A DNA stretch of 62,195 nucleotides, counting the filler, from Basidiobolus ranarum (lineage: Eukaryota), in assembly GCA_040143965.1 (NCBI GenBank). It is 11 parts of 11 records of this genome, joined end to end, with 100 filler letters (N's around TTAATTAATTAA, not from the genome) between each part and the next. Parts side by side here need not be neighbours in the genome. Positions count along the whole stretch, not along the records: positions 11,350 to 16,922 come from JASJQH010008425.1; positions 17,023 to 22,593 come from JASJQH010008426.1; positions 22,694 to 28,263 come from JASJQH010008427.1; 8 more parts are not named here. One strand, 5' to 3'. Both the position numbers and the translations under genes were made by a program. Below are positions 12,243 to 26,700 of the stretch, piece after piece. Every line of letters starts with the position of its first letter. Position 1 is the stretch's first letter. Below the pieces are notes generated by a model that was given only the letters and a program-made list of their open reading frames with translations, did not search any database and was not told the origin of the DNA.

Positions 12243-13239
12243 ATCTGCTTACTTCTAGTGTCGTAAATCGTCGATAGCAAATCACAATTAAGATTGGTTG
12301 CTTTACCACAAAAACTAACATCCAATCAAATCTGGAGATATCCAATCAGAAAATTTTCCTTCTATAGTGAGGCATAAAGCACTGAATTGAAATAAAGCGT
12401 GAGGATTGCGATGATATATCATTATGAGCAATGTATTTCCAAATTAGGCTACTCCCAAATTTATGGATCAAGACCACGCTACTGGTTGACTGTTCTCACT
12501 TCAATGTAGTACTTTTCATGGTAGGGTTATATGTATATTATGGCCATTGTGTAGACTTTTGTAAAATGTTAAGTTGGAAACAAAACTTTCACTCTTTATG
12601 AAGAGTAAAATCTCACGTTGCTATCAATATTCACCAAAATAGAACATCATGCTCCGTGGTTCTTAGCAATCGTCCAATAATACCAACAATTGATATTTGA
12701 GGAAGCTACATCACACGCTCATATGTACCTTTTAGTCTGTATGTTACTGGCTGGCATCCGATCCGAAATACAACATGTCAGAGTAATCAATCATCGATGT
12801 TCCACTAAGCAAGTAGAAACACGGACTTATATAACATAATAACTAAGCCATAATAATATCTAAGCGTTATTCGCATCGAATGTGTCGTGCTCAGGTATGT
12901 ATATTAACTAGTAGGCCCACATGGTAACACTTTCAGAAATATGAGCACACGTCGTACTGAGTTGTTAACCTAACCATCACGAGGATTGTGTGAATGAAGA
13001 TAGATTTAATCAGATAAAAATAACCCCACAACCAGCTATAACGTGGGGCCCGCCATTATAGTTATACTTACTGGTATGAACTCTCTAACAATCAATACTT
13101 TCGACACAAGCCATTTGACCGTCACTTCCGACACCCTGAACCCAAGGTTGCAGAGCAATGCTAGGAAGTTTAGCCTGACTGGACACAAGCTATCGAAGCA
13201 GCCGAAGTCGAACCATCTCCTGACCAATCCACATGATAC

Positions 13240-13757
13240 CCTTAATCTAAGTTGGCAATCTTAGTTATTCGATGGCTCTCTTTGATCGTTCTGCAATCGA
13301 GAGACGTGTCGGATATTTGCTGATTATGTTGCAAGCCATGGGAACTGATGTAGAGCAGTCGATCTCCGGAGTTAATCTACTCTCCTCTTCAGAACAAGAG
13401 CTTATACTTCAAACATGGAACACCGCTCACGAACCCTACCCAAGCCATATATGTATTCATCATCTATTTGAGCAACAGGTATCTCGTTCCCCAGACGCCG
13501 TCGACATTATGTATGCGTCTCAGACACTGACCTATGCTGAAGTTAGTGCTCGCGCCAATCGCCTCGCACATCTCAGCGATATTGGAGTCAAGCCTAATAC
13601 TCTTGTTGCTCTCTGCATAGAGCGCTCACCTGCAGTTGTGATCTGAGTACTTGCTATTTTGAAGGCTGGTGGTGCTTATTTGTCACTGGACCCAGTGCAT
13701 GCAAGTGAACGACTGACTAACATCCTCTCCGATGCATCACCGTCCATTATCTTGACA
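13240..13757 (+). pseudogene. NRPS fragment: end of condensation domain and start of adenylation domain
   Basis: ALFDRSAIER...LLSSSEQELILQTWN...CIHHLFEQQVSRSPDA, A1 motif LTYAEV..RANRLAH and A2 motif LAILKAGGAYLSLDP. In-frame TGA at 13644-13646, no intron, and homology is lost on both sides. Confidence 0.88.
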
Positions 13758-14280
13758 TGTTAGTGCGATCAGAGGGCAATTGATCACAGATACCATGATG
13801 AAAGCAACAATGGAATGTTTAAAGAAAGTGATATATCCCAAACAAATGATGATTTGGGGGCCCTACTGGGATGTTTGTGGCTATGAAGAGCAACTTATAC
13901 TAATCCAGTGTACATTAAGCTATGTAGAAGACTAAAGTATAAAGCAACAGTTAGCCAACTAACTAGAAGAATATTACTCAAGGGGTGAAATACTGAAGCA
14001 AGGTTGTTGTGAAAATATTGGAAAAAATTGTGATAAGCACTTCTCAGTCTGAGGAAGTGGAAATCAGTTTCTTCTATCTGTTGTATCTCAAATTTAGATT
14101 CAATCAAGCTATGATGAAAGCAATACCCAAACATGCACCCAAGGCTCTGATAACACAATCTTGCTTCAGGCAGACCAAGTTATTGCAGAAAGTTTAAATC
14201 ACAAATGAGTATATTCTTACTGTATACAAGGGTCAAATATTATGCCCTTTGCTATGAAGTAGTATAATGAGATTTAACTA

Positions 14281-14500
14281 TGTCAAAGTATTTTGGGAGC
14301 CTGTTGGAAGTAGTTTGGAGAAATAGAGAAATTTGTGGTTTTCACTAATTGATTTATTGAGTAGAGAGTTGACATTTATAACTTTGGCAAGATGTAAACA
14401 AAATAACATGTAGAATGTGTTATGGGAGGTTATAGGAATATGTGTAAAGCTTGGGGCTTATAGGAACATGCATGCAAAGTGTGGGGCATTTAGTATATGG
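14281..14500 (-). mobile_element. Partial copia family A LTR
   Basis: TGTCAAAGTATTTTGGGAGCCTGTTGGAAG... matches 5010-5200. Confidence 0.8.
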
Positions 14501-15979
14501 TTAGTAACCTAAACTTCATTATACCAAAGCATCAAAACCTGAGTATAAATTTGTTGATATGAATATCCTGTAGAGTGGTTTAAGAGTTTGCAGAGTTATA
14601 AGTGTACATTATAGGGGTAACCTTCTATCTTGCAAACTTTGCCACAAGCCAGATACAATGCTGATCCATAAGGAAGCAAACCCTTTACTGATATATTCAC
14701 TTGGCCCTCTAAATGCATATATCCCATTGAGGAGATATATATACCAATACATATTTTTGTGTAACTACTTAACCCACTCTTTTGTAAATAATATGCTGAG
14801 TATTCAGGTCACTGGGAATGCACTCCCAGTTGATAGCTATAACAATAAGTCTTCTATGTGCATTTGTTTTCTCAAGTAGTTATATCAGCACACTGTCAGA
14901 TAATCATCACTTGTGGAAGCAGATGAAGGGAAGCTAAGTGTATATTTAGCTTGAGTATTACTGAATATGAGCCTGTGAATTGGTGGAAACCTCCAAGTGT
15001 TATCATGGAAATATATGTGATAACTGATAAGAAGTAATGATCCAACACTGGATGTACTAATACCATAATTCAAATGGCTAATATAATTCATCCAGATCTG
15101 ATTTCAGTTGCAACTTGGAATTGATAATCAGAGAGGAATAGTATTATCTCCATTAGGAAAGAAAATGGCATTAGTGTTGCTCATAAGATATGGAATAAAT
15201 AAATCTCTAGAAATAACACATCCAGTATGGCATATTATGAAAATCTATCCAGTCTTACTCCTCCCATCATACTGACAGAGCCAATATAACTGCAAATTTA
15301 CTAACTGTTGGAGGATCTTGACATAATGTGGGTAGACTTCATATATTACAGGCAACTTATCATAGTGTTTTTGGTTACTTTATTCTTATAAGAATATGGT
15401 GACTCATATTGTACACAAGCAAATCAATTGTGAGAGATATTCTGGAGTTTGTGTAATAAGATAAAATAGATAAGTGGGGGTAATCAGATGTACTTGTTAT
15501 TCAGATATAGAAATATTGCTATTTAGAATATAGGAGCTGTAGCCATGTTGCTTTCTGTTTCTGATCCATGTATCATGACTAAAGTTAACCAATATGTTGA
15601 ATAAAGATTAATTATCCAATGTTAAATATTCCATACACAGGGAAATTTCATAAGAGATATGAAGCCATACAACTTGGTTTTAAAAAAAATATCTTCAAAA
15701 TTAAACTTCCAACACAGTTGTTGCAATTCAGTTCTGGGATTTTCCACAATACTGAAATTTGATTAGTCCATATTGAAATGTGATAACTGCCAGACACAAA
15801 TATAGAGAGTTTCTAGCTGACTTTATCTTCATTTTCACATTAGGAGAGATACAAAAAATGAGCTCATCCTATCTTGTTTCTAATGTTATCCTAACAAAAA
15901 TGAAATTGGTTTGAAGTAGAATTTTGTCAGATTTCTTCACAGTCTTAATATGATTTATCAATAGCATTCTTACAGTATT

Positions 15980-16922
15980 TAGTGATGTCCCAATATGGAT
16001 ACTAGATTTCTGGCATGCATTATTCAGTAATGGCTAAATTTTTCAAATTTTTCTTCTTTGGCTGGCTATTTGATTGGTGTACTGATTTATGATTTCAAAT
16101 GACCTTGTGTGCCTTTATTTATTTATTTTAGGTGTTATATTCCAGCATATTGTGAATCAAGAAATAGTAGCATCTTGTTGTATTCTTCTCTATGCAAGTC
16201 CATACTTGACTAATCAGAAACACTTCTACATTGTCAATATGCTTTGGCATCAGACTAACAGTGGAAAAATTGCTGAACATCTGAAATTTAGAGTAACACT
16301 GATACTTGGCAAATAGGTGTCCTGACAAGAATAATATCAATTTCATCCAGATTGGATCCAATTGCTTTTATTCTTGTGAGGGGCCTGATGAGAAGCTCTG
16401 GGTCCAGGTGATCCCATTTAGCAATATAATCTTAGGCTTATGGCTAATCCCAAGTTTGATGTTAGACCAACTATGTGGTGAGTTGATATCAGTGAGCATG
16501 TTGAAGTCTGAATGTGCTCTTGATGGTAAAATCATGGAGTTTAGTGTTGTATTTGGATAGTAGTACTGTGTATGCCTGGTAGAGTAAACTCCATTGATCT
16601 AACAGAATCTATAGCAAGATAGTGCACTGTACCCACAAAAACCTCTAAGTTTACTGATGACAGTTGTACTTTTCAAAGGGTTAGAATTAGCCCCAAACTT
16701 AAAGGCAAGCAAAGAGCTGCCTAAACACTGCAAAGCACTCTGAGTTGTGTCACATTACAACAATATACAAAAATAGTCATAGTGCATGAAAAGTATGTTA
16801 AAAATATACAGGGAAAATGCAGTGCAAGTATGCACAAAATGGCTTCAGAAGAAGAACATTCAACTTGACATTCAGTCTGGTGTTCACCATGCAGATATCT
16901 GGGAAGAACTTAATACAGAGTG
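15980..16922. mobile_element. Jumbled CACTA fragments (both orientations)
   Basis: 16100-16330 is homologous to 10230-10440, and 16400-16620 is an inverted homologue of 6200-6420. 16670-16922 encodes the accessory-ORF motif KWLQKKNIQLDIQSGVHHADIWEELNTE. Confidence 0.75.
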
Positions 16923-17022
16923 NNNNNNNNNNNNNNNNNNNNNNNNNNNNNNNNNNNNNNNNNNNNTTAATTAATTAANNNNNNNNNNNNNNNNNNNNNN
17001 NNNNNNNNNNNNNNNNNNNNNN

Positions 17023-20000
17023 ACGAGTCTCATTCATCTCTTGCTATTGCTATGAATAAACTAGGTGGTAAGAGTTATACTGGTGAAGGTGGAGAGGATC
17101 CAGAGCGTTCTCAAGCTCGGCCAAATGGAGACTTACTACGCTCAGCAATTAAGCAAGTAGCGTCAGGAGGTTTCGGTGTTACATCATACTATCTATCGGA
17201 CTGTGAAGAACTTCAGATTAAAATGGCTGAAGGTGCCAAGCCGGGTGAAGTTGGTGAACTTCCTTGACATAAAGTCATCGGTAGTATTGCTAAAACAAGA
17301 AAATCAACACCTGGTGTTGGCTTAATCTCTCCACCTCCTCATCACGATATTTACTCAATTGAAGACTTGAAGCAACTGATTTACGATCTCAAATGTTCCA
17401 ATCCACGTGCAAGAGTATCTGTCAAACTAGTCTCCGAAGTGGGAGTTGGTATTATTGCTGCAGGTGTCGCTAAGGCCAAGGCTGACCATATTTTAATTTC
17501 CGGTCATGATGGTGGTACTGGTGCCAGTCGTTGGACAGGTATTCGTTATGCTGGACTTCCATGGGAGTTAGGCCTTGCCGAAACACACCAAACTCTTGTC
17601 TTGAATGATCTGCGTGGGCGCGTTGTCGTTCAAACTGATGGACAAATTAAAACTGGTCGTGATGTTGCAGTAGCTTGCTTATTAGGAGCAGAAGAGTGGG
17701 GTTTTGCTACCACACCTTTAATTGCTATGGGATGTATCATGATGCGCAAGTGCCATCTTAATACTTGTCCAGTAGGTATTGCAACGCAAGACCCAGACCT
17801 CCGAAAGAAGTTTGAAGGAAGCCCTGAGCATGTTATAAACTTTTTCTACTACGTGGCAGAAGAGTTAAGAGAGATAATGGCTAAGCTTGGATTCCGTACT
17901 ATCAGAGAGATGGTTGGCCATGTTGAATGCCTGCAAGTAAATGAGGCCTTGAAGAATTTCAAAACTCAGAATATCGATTTATCGCCTATTCTAGTTCCAG
18001 CTCATGAATTACGTAAAGGTGTAGACACTGTAAATACTCGCAAGCAAGATCATCTACTCCATGTTAGACTCGATAACAAATTGATATTTGAGGCTGAGCC
18101 AGCATTGACTAGTGGAGATTCGGTGTATATCGAAGGAAAAGTAGTAAACACAGATCGTGCTGTCGGTGCAACACTCAGTTATCAAATCTCTAAGAAATAC
18201 GGCGAACAGGGTCTACCAGATGGAACCATCCATGTCAAATTGACTGGGTCAGCAGGTCAGAGCTTTGGTGCCTTCCTGGCTCCTGGTATTACTTTAGAAT
18301 TGGAAGGTGACTCCAATGACTATGTTGGCAAGGGACTTTCTGGAGGTTGCGTTGTTATCTATCCGCCATCTAATTCTTCCTTCAAAGCTGAAGAGAATGT
18401 TATTGTTGGTAATGTATGTCTCTACGGTGCTACTGGTGGTAGAGCGTTTATCCGAGGTATTGCCGCAGAAAGATTCTGTGTTCGTAATTCTGGTGCAACT
18501 GCTGTTGTTGAAGGACTAGGAGATCATGGTTGTGAATACATGACCGGAGGTCGTGCCATCATATTGGGCAGCACCGGTCGTAACTTCGCGGCCGGTATGA
18601 GCGGTGGTATTGCTTATGTACTTGATATTAATAACGATTTCAAACATAAATGCAACGTAGAAATGGTCGATCTTGAGACTGTAAATGATCCTGAGGAGAT
18701 TCAATTCCTACGTAGTACTATTGAAGATCATCTTTACTTTACTGGTTCCGCTGTTGCCGATCGTGTTCTCAAAAATTTCGCTCAAATTCTTCCCAAGTTT
18801 GTTCGTGTTATGCCAATTGATTATAAGATAGCTATTGAAGAGAAAAAACAAGAAGAATTACGCCAACAACAAGAGAAAGTGGATCAGAAACTTTTACAAA
18901 GTGTGGAGGAGCTCGATATTCGCAAACCTCGTGCTCACGAGCCGATCATCATGGATATCGAAGATGCGGCTGTGGATGAAGAGGCTCAGCAAAAGAGAAT
19001 CGCTAACTTGGACAAATTGAAAGGATTCATGAAATACAAGAGAAGAGGTGATGTCTATCGTAGTCCTCAGAAGAGATTGAAGGACTGGAAGGAAGTCAAC
19101 AATCGTCTCACAAAGGATGAACTTCGTACCCAAGCCGCCCGTTGCATGGATTGTGGTATTCCATTCTGCCAATCCGATAGCGGTTGTCCAATTGGTAATG
19201 TCATCCCTAAGTGGAATGAGCTGATATTCAAAGATCAGTGGAAGGATGCGTTAGAGCGATTGATGATGACTAATAACTTTCCCGAATTTACGGGACGAGT
19301 TTGCCCTGCTCCATGTGAAGGTGCATGCGTCTTGGGAATTAATGAACAGCCAGTCAGTATCAAGAGTATAGAAGCGGCAATTATCGATCGAGGATTTGAA
19401 AAGGGGTGGATTATTCCTAAGCCACCCTCCAGTAGATCTGGTAAGAAGGTCGCAATTATAGGATCTGGACCTGCCGGTCTGGCTGCTGCTGACCAGCTTA
19501 ATAAAGCAGGTCACACCGTCACAGTTTATGACCGAAATGATCGCATGGGTGGACTATTAATGTACGGTATTCCTAACATGAAACTTGACAAAAAGGTAGT
19601 GCAACGCCGTCTTGACCTACTGGCTGCTGAGGGTATCACCTTTGTTTCAAACGCTAACGTCGGTGTCGATACAGATGCTAATCAAATTCGTCAAGATAAT
19701 GATGCAATGTTGTTAGCAACCGGGGCCACCTGGCCTCGCGATCTCCCTATTCCTAATCGTCATTTAGATGGAATTCACTTTGCCATGGAGTTCTTACAGT
19801 TAAACACTCAGAGCTTGTTAGATTCCAATCTTGAGAATCAAAAATACATTGATGCTAAGGATAAGCATGTTATAGTCATTGGTGGTGGAGATACCGGTTG
19901 CGATTGCATTGGAACATCCGCACGTCATGGTGCTTCGTCTATTACAAACTTTGAACTACTACCTCAACCTCCTGCTCAGCGTTCCAAGGATAATCCTTGG

Positions 20001-20543
20001 CCTCAATTCCCTCGTGTATTCAAGGTTGATTATGGCCATGCTGAGGTACAGATGCAATATGGTAAAGATCCTCGTGAATACTGTATTCTATCGAAAGAAT
20101 TTGTTTCCGACGGTAATGGCAGAGTAAAAGGTATCAATACTGTTAGAGTAGAATGGACCAAAGATTCAGAGGGACGATGGAAAATGGAGGAAGTGCCTGG
20201 AAGTGAGAAATTCTTCCAGGCTGATCTGGTACTTTTATCTATGGGCTTCTTGGGACCCGAGGAAAAATTGATTCAAAGCCTGAGTCTCTCAACCAACAAG
20301 AATACCACTATACAGACATCTATCGGAAAGTATGGCACTAGTGAATCTGGAGTATTCGCAGCCGGAGATTGTCGACGCGGTCAGAGCTTGATCGTGTGGG
20401 GAATTAACGAAGGACGTGAAGCAGCTCGAGAGATAGATAATTATCTAATGGGTAATACTCTCCTTCCTGTTAAAGGTGGTATTAAACATCGCACTCTCAA
20501 ATCGACCAAATGTGGAAATCGTACCGAAATTACAGTTGCCTAA
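17023..20543 (+). CDS. GLT1: NADH-dependent glutamate synthase (GOGAT), 5'-truncated by the contig edge; one in-frame TGA at 17265-17267
   Basis: FMN domain ([42 protein letters not shown]), GXGXG domain, and a fused beta-subunit part ([43 protein letters not shown]). The ORFs at 17052 and 17367 are in the same frame. Confidence 0.97.
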
Positions 20544-21815
20544 ATTAGCAAAAAACCACTCTTTATCAATATTATATCTTCTTTGTCTATTTCTTCAAAT
20601 ACCCTTTCTTCTGAATTAGACTAATACATTTGTTTCCTTTATCTGAAAATATTCTTTTAAATAAATCACGATATATAGTAAACTTATCAATGCCTCATCA
20701 TCTATTTGCAATTTAGGTAGTTTCATTTACATTCATTAAAAAAATTAATGCTATGTAAGTATTGTTATACGTGTACCGGTTTAACATACATTAAAAGTTG
20801 AAAGTAGCAGTGAAGAAATGGTGGTCTGGTCAAACCCCCTCAACTCTAGTAAGATTCTTTAACCACACTACACCACCAGCTGTTATACTTTTGTACCAAA
20901 ACATGCTGACCTTTAATCTGAATTTGAATACATTATCCCTTAACACCTCAACACATATGGCTCTGTTATAGTAACTTACATATTTGAAATACAGTGGCAT
21001 GCTTTCTGCGTATATTATCCATTTTGCTATTACCACTTATATATTGAATGCCCAACTTCTGCACAATAAACTCTGCTCTGATGTGTATTTTGCTATGGTG
21101 ATTGTTTCAAATAACCAGATCTTATGATTCTTTCCAATTGCATGACATTAGCACTTTATAAATATCCCATAATACCAGCTATCTATATATTCCCAGTAGG
21201 ATACAGCTAAGATACATCACTTGATATCTTGTGCTGCATCCTAAATTATGACCAGACTCTACATATTGCCTCTCAATATTCTTATGATCTTGACACCAAT
21301 ATAGTCATATATAGCTCAGTATTTAGTTTTGTTATATTTTACTAAGAAATCACTCACTCTTCACATGATGTATTGCTAATTCACTTTTCAAGAGCCAAAA
21401 CTGCAAAGAAGGTATGGAAAGCTTTAGAATATATCTACCAAACATCTTCAGCTCTAAACAAGATGTCTTGAAGAAGACAATTCTTTGACTTAAAATGAGG
21501 CCAGGAAAAGACAATAAATCACTAATTAACAGAGTCACTATTAGAGGTGATGAAGAGGAATCTATTGAAGTATCTGCTACCAATTGGGTTATCATGGTAC
21601 AAGCCCAAACTGCCTGGTAAACAGGTCTCAGAGCCTAGTAGTGGTCTAGAGTCCAGAACTGAAAATTTGTCCTTAAATTATTTCAGTGGCAGACTCCTTG
21701 ATGAAAATTTATGCAAATTTGACTTCAACCAAAAGTGTTGGAGGATCTTGATATAATTCTTTATCTTAAACTTTCTCTCATATGTTTCTTCCTAGATTGA
21801 TATTCACAATTTTTT

Positions 21816-22593
21816 CCCTAATAGAAATTTGACAACTGTTATAATAGGAAAACCATCACAATTTTAATCCATTTTGGATTGACCTTTTACTTACCATCAT
21901 AAAATCATCAAGTTAGATTTGATTTACATAAATTTTTTCAGCTTTGGGAGTGAAATTTTGAGATCTCAAAAAATAGTTGCACATGATTGGCTACAATCTC
22001 AGAGAACTACAGATCAACACATATGCAAAAAACATAACTCGAATTTTACATATTTACCACTTCAATGCTAATTTGTCACCATTGAAATCCCTAGTTTCTT
22101 TGATATATTCTCCTGAATATTTTTATAGAGTTCTTCATACCCAAGATTTAACTTATATCCAACACAAGTTTGTATCAATATCTCCATCAAAGCCCACAAT
22201 TGTATTAATGTTGCTGAATCAACATTCTTCCAGCTATCTGGCAGATACCCTGCAACATTGTGCCACTCTGTATTAAGTTCTTCCCAGATATCTGCACAGT
22301 CAACACCAGACTGAACATCAAGTTGAATGTTCTTCTTCTGAAGCCACTTTCTGCATACTTGCACTCCATCTTTACCTTCATACTTTTGAAAATACTCCTC
22401 AAGCACTTTGACTATTTTTATATGTTCTTGTAGTGTGACACTACTGATAGTGCTTTGTGGTGTTTGTGTGGCTTTTTGACTGCCTTTAACTTTGGGGCTA
22501 ATTTCAACACTTTGAAAATTACCAGTTGAGGTTGGAGAGCCTTGAGTTTTACTTGCCAGTAATTTGGCTTGCTGAGAGGTGCCAGGCAGTGGA
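21816..22593 (-). mobile_element. CACTA accessory ORF remnant and terminus B
   Basis: ORF 22068-22406 (VCRKWLQKKNIQLDVQSGVD...GYLPDSWKNVDSA). Terminus CCCTAATAGAAATTTG at 21816. Confidence 0.8.
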
Positions 22594-22693
22594 NNNNNNN
22601 NNNNNNNNNNNNNNNNNNNNNNNNNNNNNNNNNNNNNTTAATTAATTAANNNNNNNNNNNNNNNNNNNNNNNNNNNNNNNNNNNNNNNNNNNN

Positions 22694-23707
22694 TCTAAGT
22701 TGGTAAAAATATTCTAAGTAAATTCTGATTGAGAATAATTGATAATATCTTAATGAATTATAAGATAACTAAGTACTAAGCTATATATGACTATATAGGT
22801 GTTTTGGCAATGCTAATTTCAACAGTAATGCCATGGGTTATGGAGACTCCAGACTACATAACCTTCCATCAAATGACTCTTTTCCATGTGCCCATAGGTT
22901 TTTGCATTGTTTGGGCACAATAACAGCAACAAAACCCATTCCATGGACACAGCATAAGTACCTCTATAATTCATACTATTTTGTTTGTGTAATAATCTGA
23001 TGGTATTTCTATAAAAGCTGCAAGGGAGACTTCATGGTGAGATACATTGTCATATTTAGTTTTATTATTTTAGCCATGAGGTATTCTATTTAAACAATGA
23101 AACCTCTACTTGTAGTGGGACATTTGTTGACTGCAAGTTGGGGATATTTTGGCTAAATTCTTTATGGAAATTTGCCAAAAATCCTAGAGCTTATTCACAT
23201 TGTCAATGGTAACCAGAGTCAGCTATTTGCCAAGTGTCTGTGCTACTTTAAATTTCTGATGTTTAGCAATTTTTTCCACAATTAGTTTGTTGGTAAAGAA
23301 TATTGTTATTGTTCAGTTATGACTGATCAGCCAAGTGTGTGCATATTTAAAGATTAAACACAAGCTTCTTGTATTTTTGGTTCTTAAAATGGCTGTAATA
23401 CAAAGCCTAAAATATATAAATAAAGGCATGCATATTAATTCAATCTCTATAGCTGTAAAGCTAGTAAGTTGCCAATTTCAAATTGGTTTTTTCCAAAATT
23501 GTTGCAAATTATATGGTGCATACCAAATATGAGGATCAATATCTCACCATATAGAATTACCATCACAATACTACAAAGAAGCCACCATCTCACCATCAAA
23601 ATCTCTAGCAAGATGCAAGCCACCAATGATGCAATGGTCCTCCAACACTTTTGTGCCCCACAAGGGTGGATCAAATCTGGATCAAATTGATTTTATTTTT
23701 GTTAGGG
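22694..23707. mobile_element. Start of a copia family A LTR (22694-22824, minus) inserted in a CACTA 3' fragment ending at terminus A (22825-23707, plus)
   Basis: GCAATGCTAATTTCAACA ends at 22824. The remainder is homologous to 7050-7941 and ends TTTTTGTTAGGG at 23707. Confidence 0.82.
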
Positions 23708-26700
23708 TCTTGAATATCTCAAACAATTGATTTACTATGCTACAATATAAGTTATCACATTCTTGTAAAGAAACTAAAACACTGTTACAAGTTGCCTCTA
23801 ACATACAAAGTCAACCTCCATTATTTCAGCATCCTCCAACATGGTAGCAGTAAGTAAGTTAGAGTCTTCTATCCAACAGGAGGTACCAAGATGCTAATGT
23901 TCAATGGAGATGAATTGCATGAATGGGAATGCAAGATGCTACTTGTTCTTAATGGGAAACATGTTTAGGAAGAAGTTTGATCAGATGAAGAAGAAGAAAG
24001 TATAGATTCTGACACTGGAGCAATGAAGCCAACATGTGAAGAAGCAAGGACAACATTGAAAGGAAAAGGCTGCTTGGCACTTGAGGATATATCTCTGAGA
24101 CTGGAAATGCAACAACCCATATAGTCAAAGATGCTGACTCTGCCAAGAATGCATGGGAAATCCTAGTGGAACATTATGACCAAAAAGGGCCTGCTCACTT
24201 GATGATGCAACAAAAGTGCTTCTTAAGCACTCAAAGGTTTGAAGACTCAGATATTATTACATATGGGAATGGTGTCAAGAAACTTGCCAACTAACCAGAA
24301 TCAGCCTATTACAAAATACCAGATATGGATAAAATGTTATTGTAATTGATGGTCTCCCTAAGCATATTTAGCCCTAGTGCTCACTTAAGAAGCAAATGGG
24401 TCTAAGCTGACTCACCATTCTCTGATCACTTGTCTATACCAAAAGAAATTCAAGGTAAAGACAAAAGTCAGCTCACAAAGAAACAAAAACTGCACATGTA
24501 ACTAATAGTCAAAATAGCCAACCTGATTAAAGCACTGTGAGATGTTACAAATTTGAAAAGCTGTGACATACAGCCTATTATTTCCAATCAAAGAAGAAAT
24601 GGGCTTCAAAGGATAAGGAAGTGCATAACAGAACTAAAAGAGGATAGGGGGACTATGGCTTCTAGCAACATCTAAATCAAGAAATCACTCTGCTGATGTA
24701 TGGATTCTGGATTCTTGTGAAGGTGTCACATGTGTGACAATTGAAGTATAATGTCTTATTTTAAGGAGGCATAAGATCTGGACATCACAGTATCAGGAAG
24801 AAGTAAATGGTTTTCACATGGTACTGGAAAAGTAACACCCAACTTACAAATAAGTAAAACTAAAAGTGTATTGGTATCCTTGGAGTATGTCTTATAAGTT
24901 GATTCATTGACAACAAACCTATTTTCAATTAGAGCAATTAAAGAGAAACATTACAATGTCAAATTCAGCCAAGGAATAGTAACCATATATATATCAAAGG
25001 ACTTGATAGTGGTAACTAGTACAAGAACCAGAAATCCACAGCACCTAGATATTGCATCAACAACTGAGACTAGCTTACTTTGCAACTATTATTCCTGGAG
25101 ACTTGATGACTTGACCTAAGCACTTGGGTCATCTAAGCTATGATAGTGTGAAGATATTGTACAAAAACAGTCTATGTATTGGAGTTGTACTTGCACCTTG
25201 TGATGTTACCAAATATCAAAGCTAGCAGAGTCAAAGATTTATTGGATCATAGTGATGTAGACTTATGTGGCCCAATGAAAACTCTGACACCAAGTAAGCA
25301 CAAATTTTTAGTCATCTTTTTTGAGATTAAATCACACTTAATTATTTCATATCCTTTTCAAGCCATGGGGAAGTGTTAAACTATTTCAAAATATTTGAAG
25401 CAATGGTCCCAACCATAACAGGAAGAAAAAGTAAATGTCTATTCAGTAATAATGGAATGGAATTCAGTAACAAAGCCATAGCTAGCTAACCCTGACCTTA
25501 TACCAGAAAGCCTTAATATTGCTCTGAAATATTGATGATTAAGAATCAGCTTCTGAATATCAGGATGTTATCTTGGCCAATACAAAATATGTAGATTAGA
25601 AACAGGGTATTTTTCCAGCTAGTCAGGAACCTGGAGTTTAGGCTTGGAAACAAGACGCTAACTTTCTACAAAATTTTAACTCTTAGAACTATTTTACTCA
25701 CAATATTGATGATATTGAATGCAATCAATTACTGGAAGAGTGTAATGATTCACAAAAAGTATGCAACCAATTGAATGATTCAGGCTATCAGGTCTCAGAA
25801 TTGCTACCAAGTGGAAATCATAAGTATCCTATAAGTGAAACAACTGACCTCTCTACCTAGGCCTTTGAATGTCTCAAATCAGAGAATGAAATTCACATAT
25901 TGAATTCAGAAAAGGGTGGAATATAGCAGCACATATAGCTTTTTTCCAACCAGAAAATTTGGGACATCCTCCAAAATCTGATGAAATGACAAGATGGGAA
26001 AAAGCCACCGATGAAGAAATTTGCTCCCCAATTAAGAACAACATATGAATTCTTGTTTACTTACCTACCAGAAGAGCAACTATTGGTAACAGCTGGCTGT
26101 TGTAACTAAACTTGACTTAGTTGCATATATCAACCAGAAATATTCAAGACTAGTAGTAAAAGGTTATGCTCAGAAATATAATATTGATTCTGCTGAAGTA
26201 TTTTCTCATATAGCTAAGATCATATCATTCAGAGTAATCTTGCTATTACTACTCACCAAGGAATGCTGATTGAACAAATGGATGCTAAGACACTATTACA
26301 TGGCTAAGCCAGAGAGATAAATTGCCAAAGGAGAAAATATCTCATATGCAAAATACGTAGAAGTCTACATAGTATCAAACCAGCCTCTTGCACATAGAAC
26401 ACTAAAATGGATTAGATCTTCATGAAACATCTTTTCCAATGTAGCACAGCTGATCACTACATATATGTCAAGGCCATCAAAAGCAACAAACATAATTACT
26501 CCCTATTTTAATGATATCACAATAGTTGGTAATTGCTAATATCTGATACAACAAAGCAAGATCAAGATGTCTTCCAAGTTAGATATGCAAGTCCTTAAAT
26601 CACTGGTATATTGTCTTGGAATGTAGATATATCAGCAATTTGGTATTTGAACACTCTGTATTGCACAAGAAAATACATCAAAGATCTCTTGAACTGATTC

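Noticed and set aside
17265-17267. TGA in GLT1 as selenocysteine or programmed readthrough
   Set aside because: The position is a conserved Gly, not Cys, and it is surrounded by other lesions near a contig edge.
20830-21815. Possible gypsy gag/zinc-knuckle remnant (YCAEVGH on the minus strand); similar unclassified DNA at 14500-15980
   Set aside because: It is CpG-poor and repeat-like but too decayed to classify.
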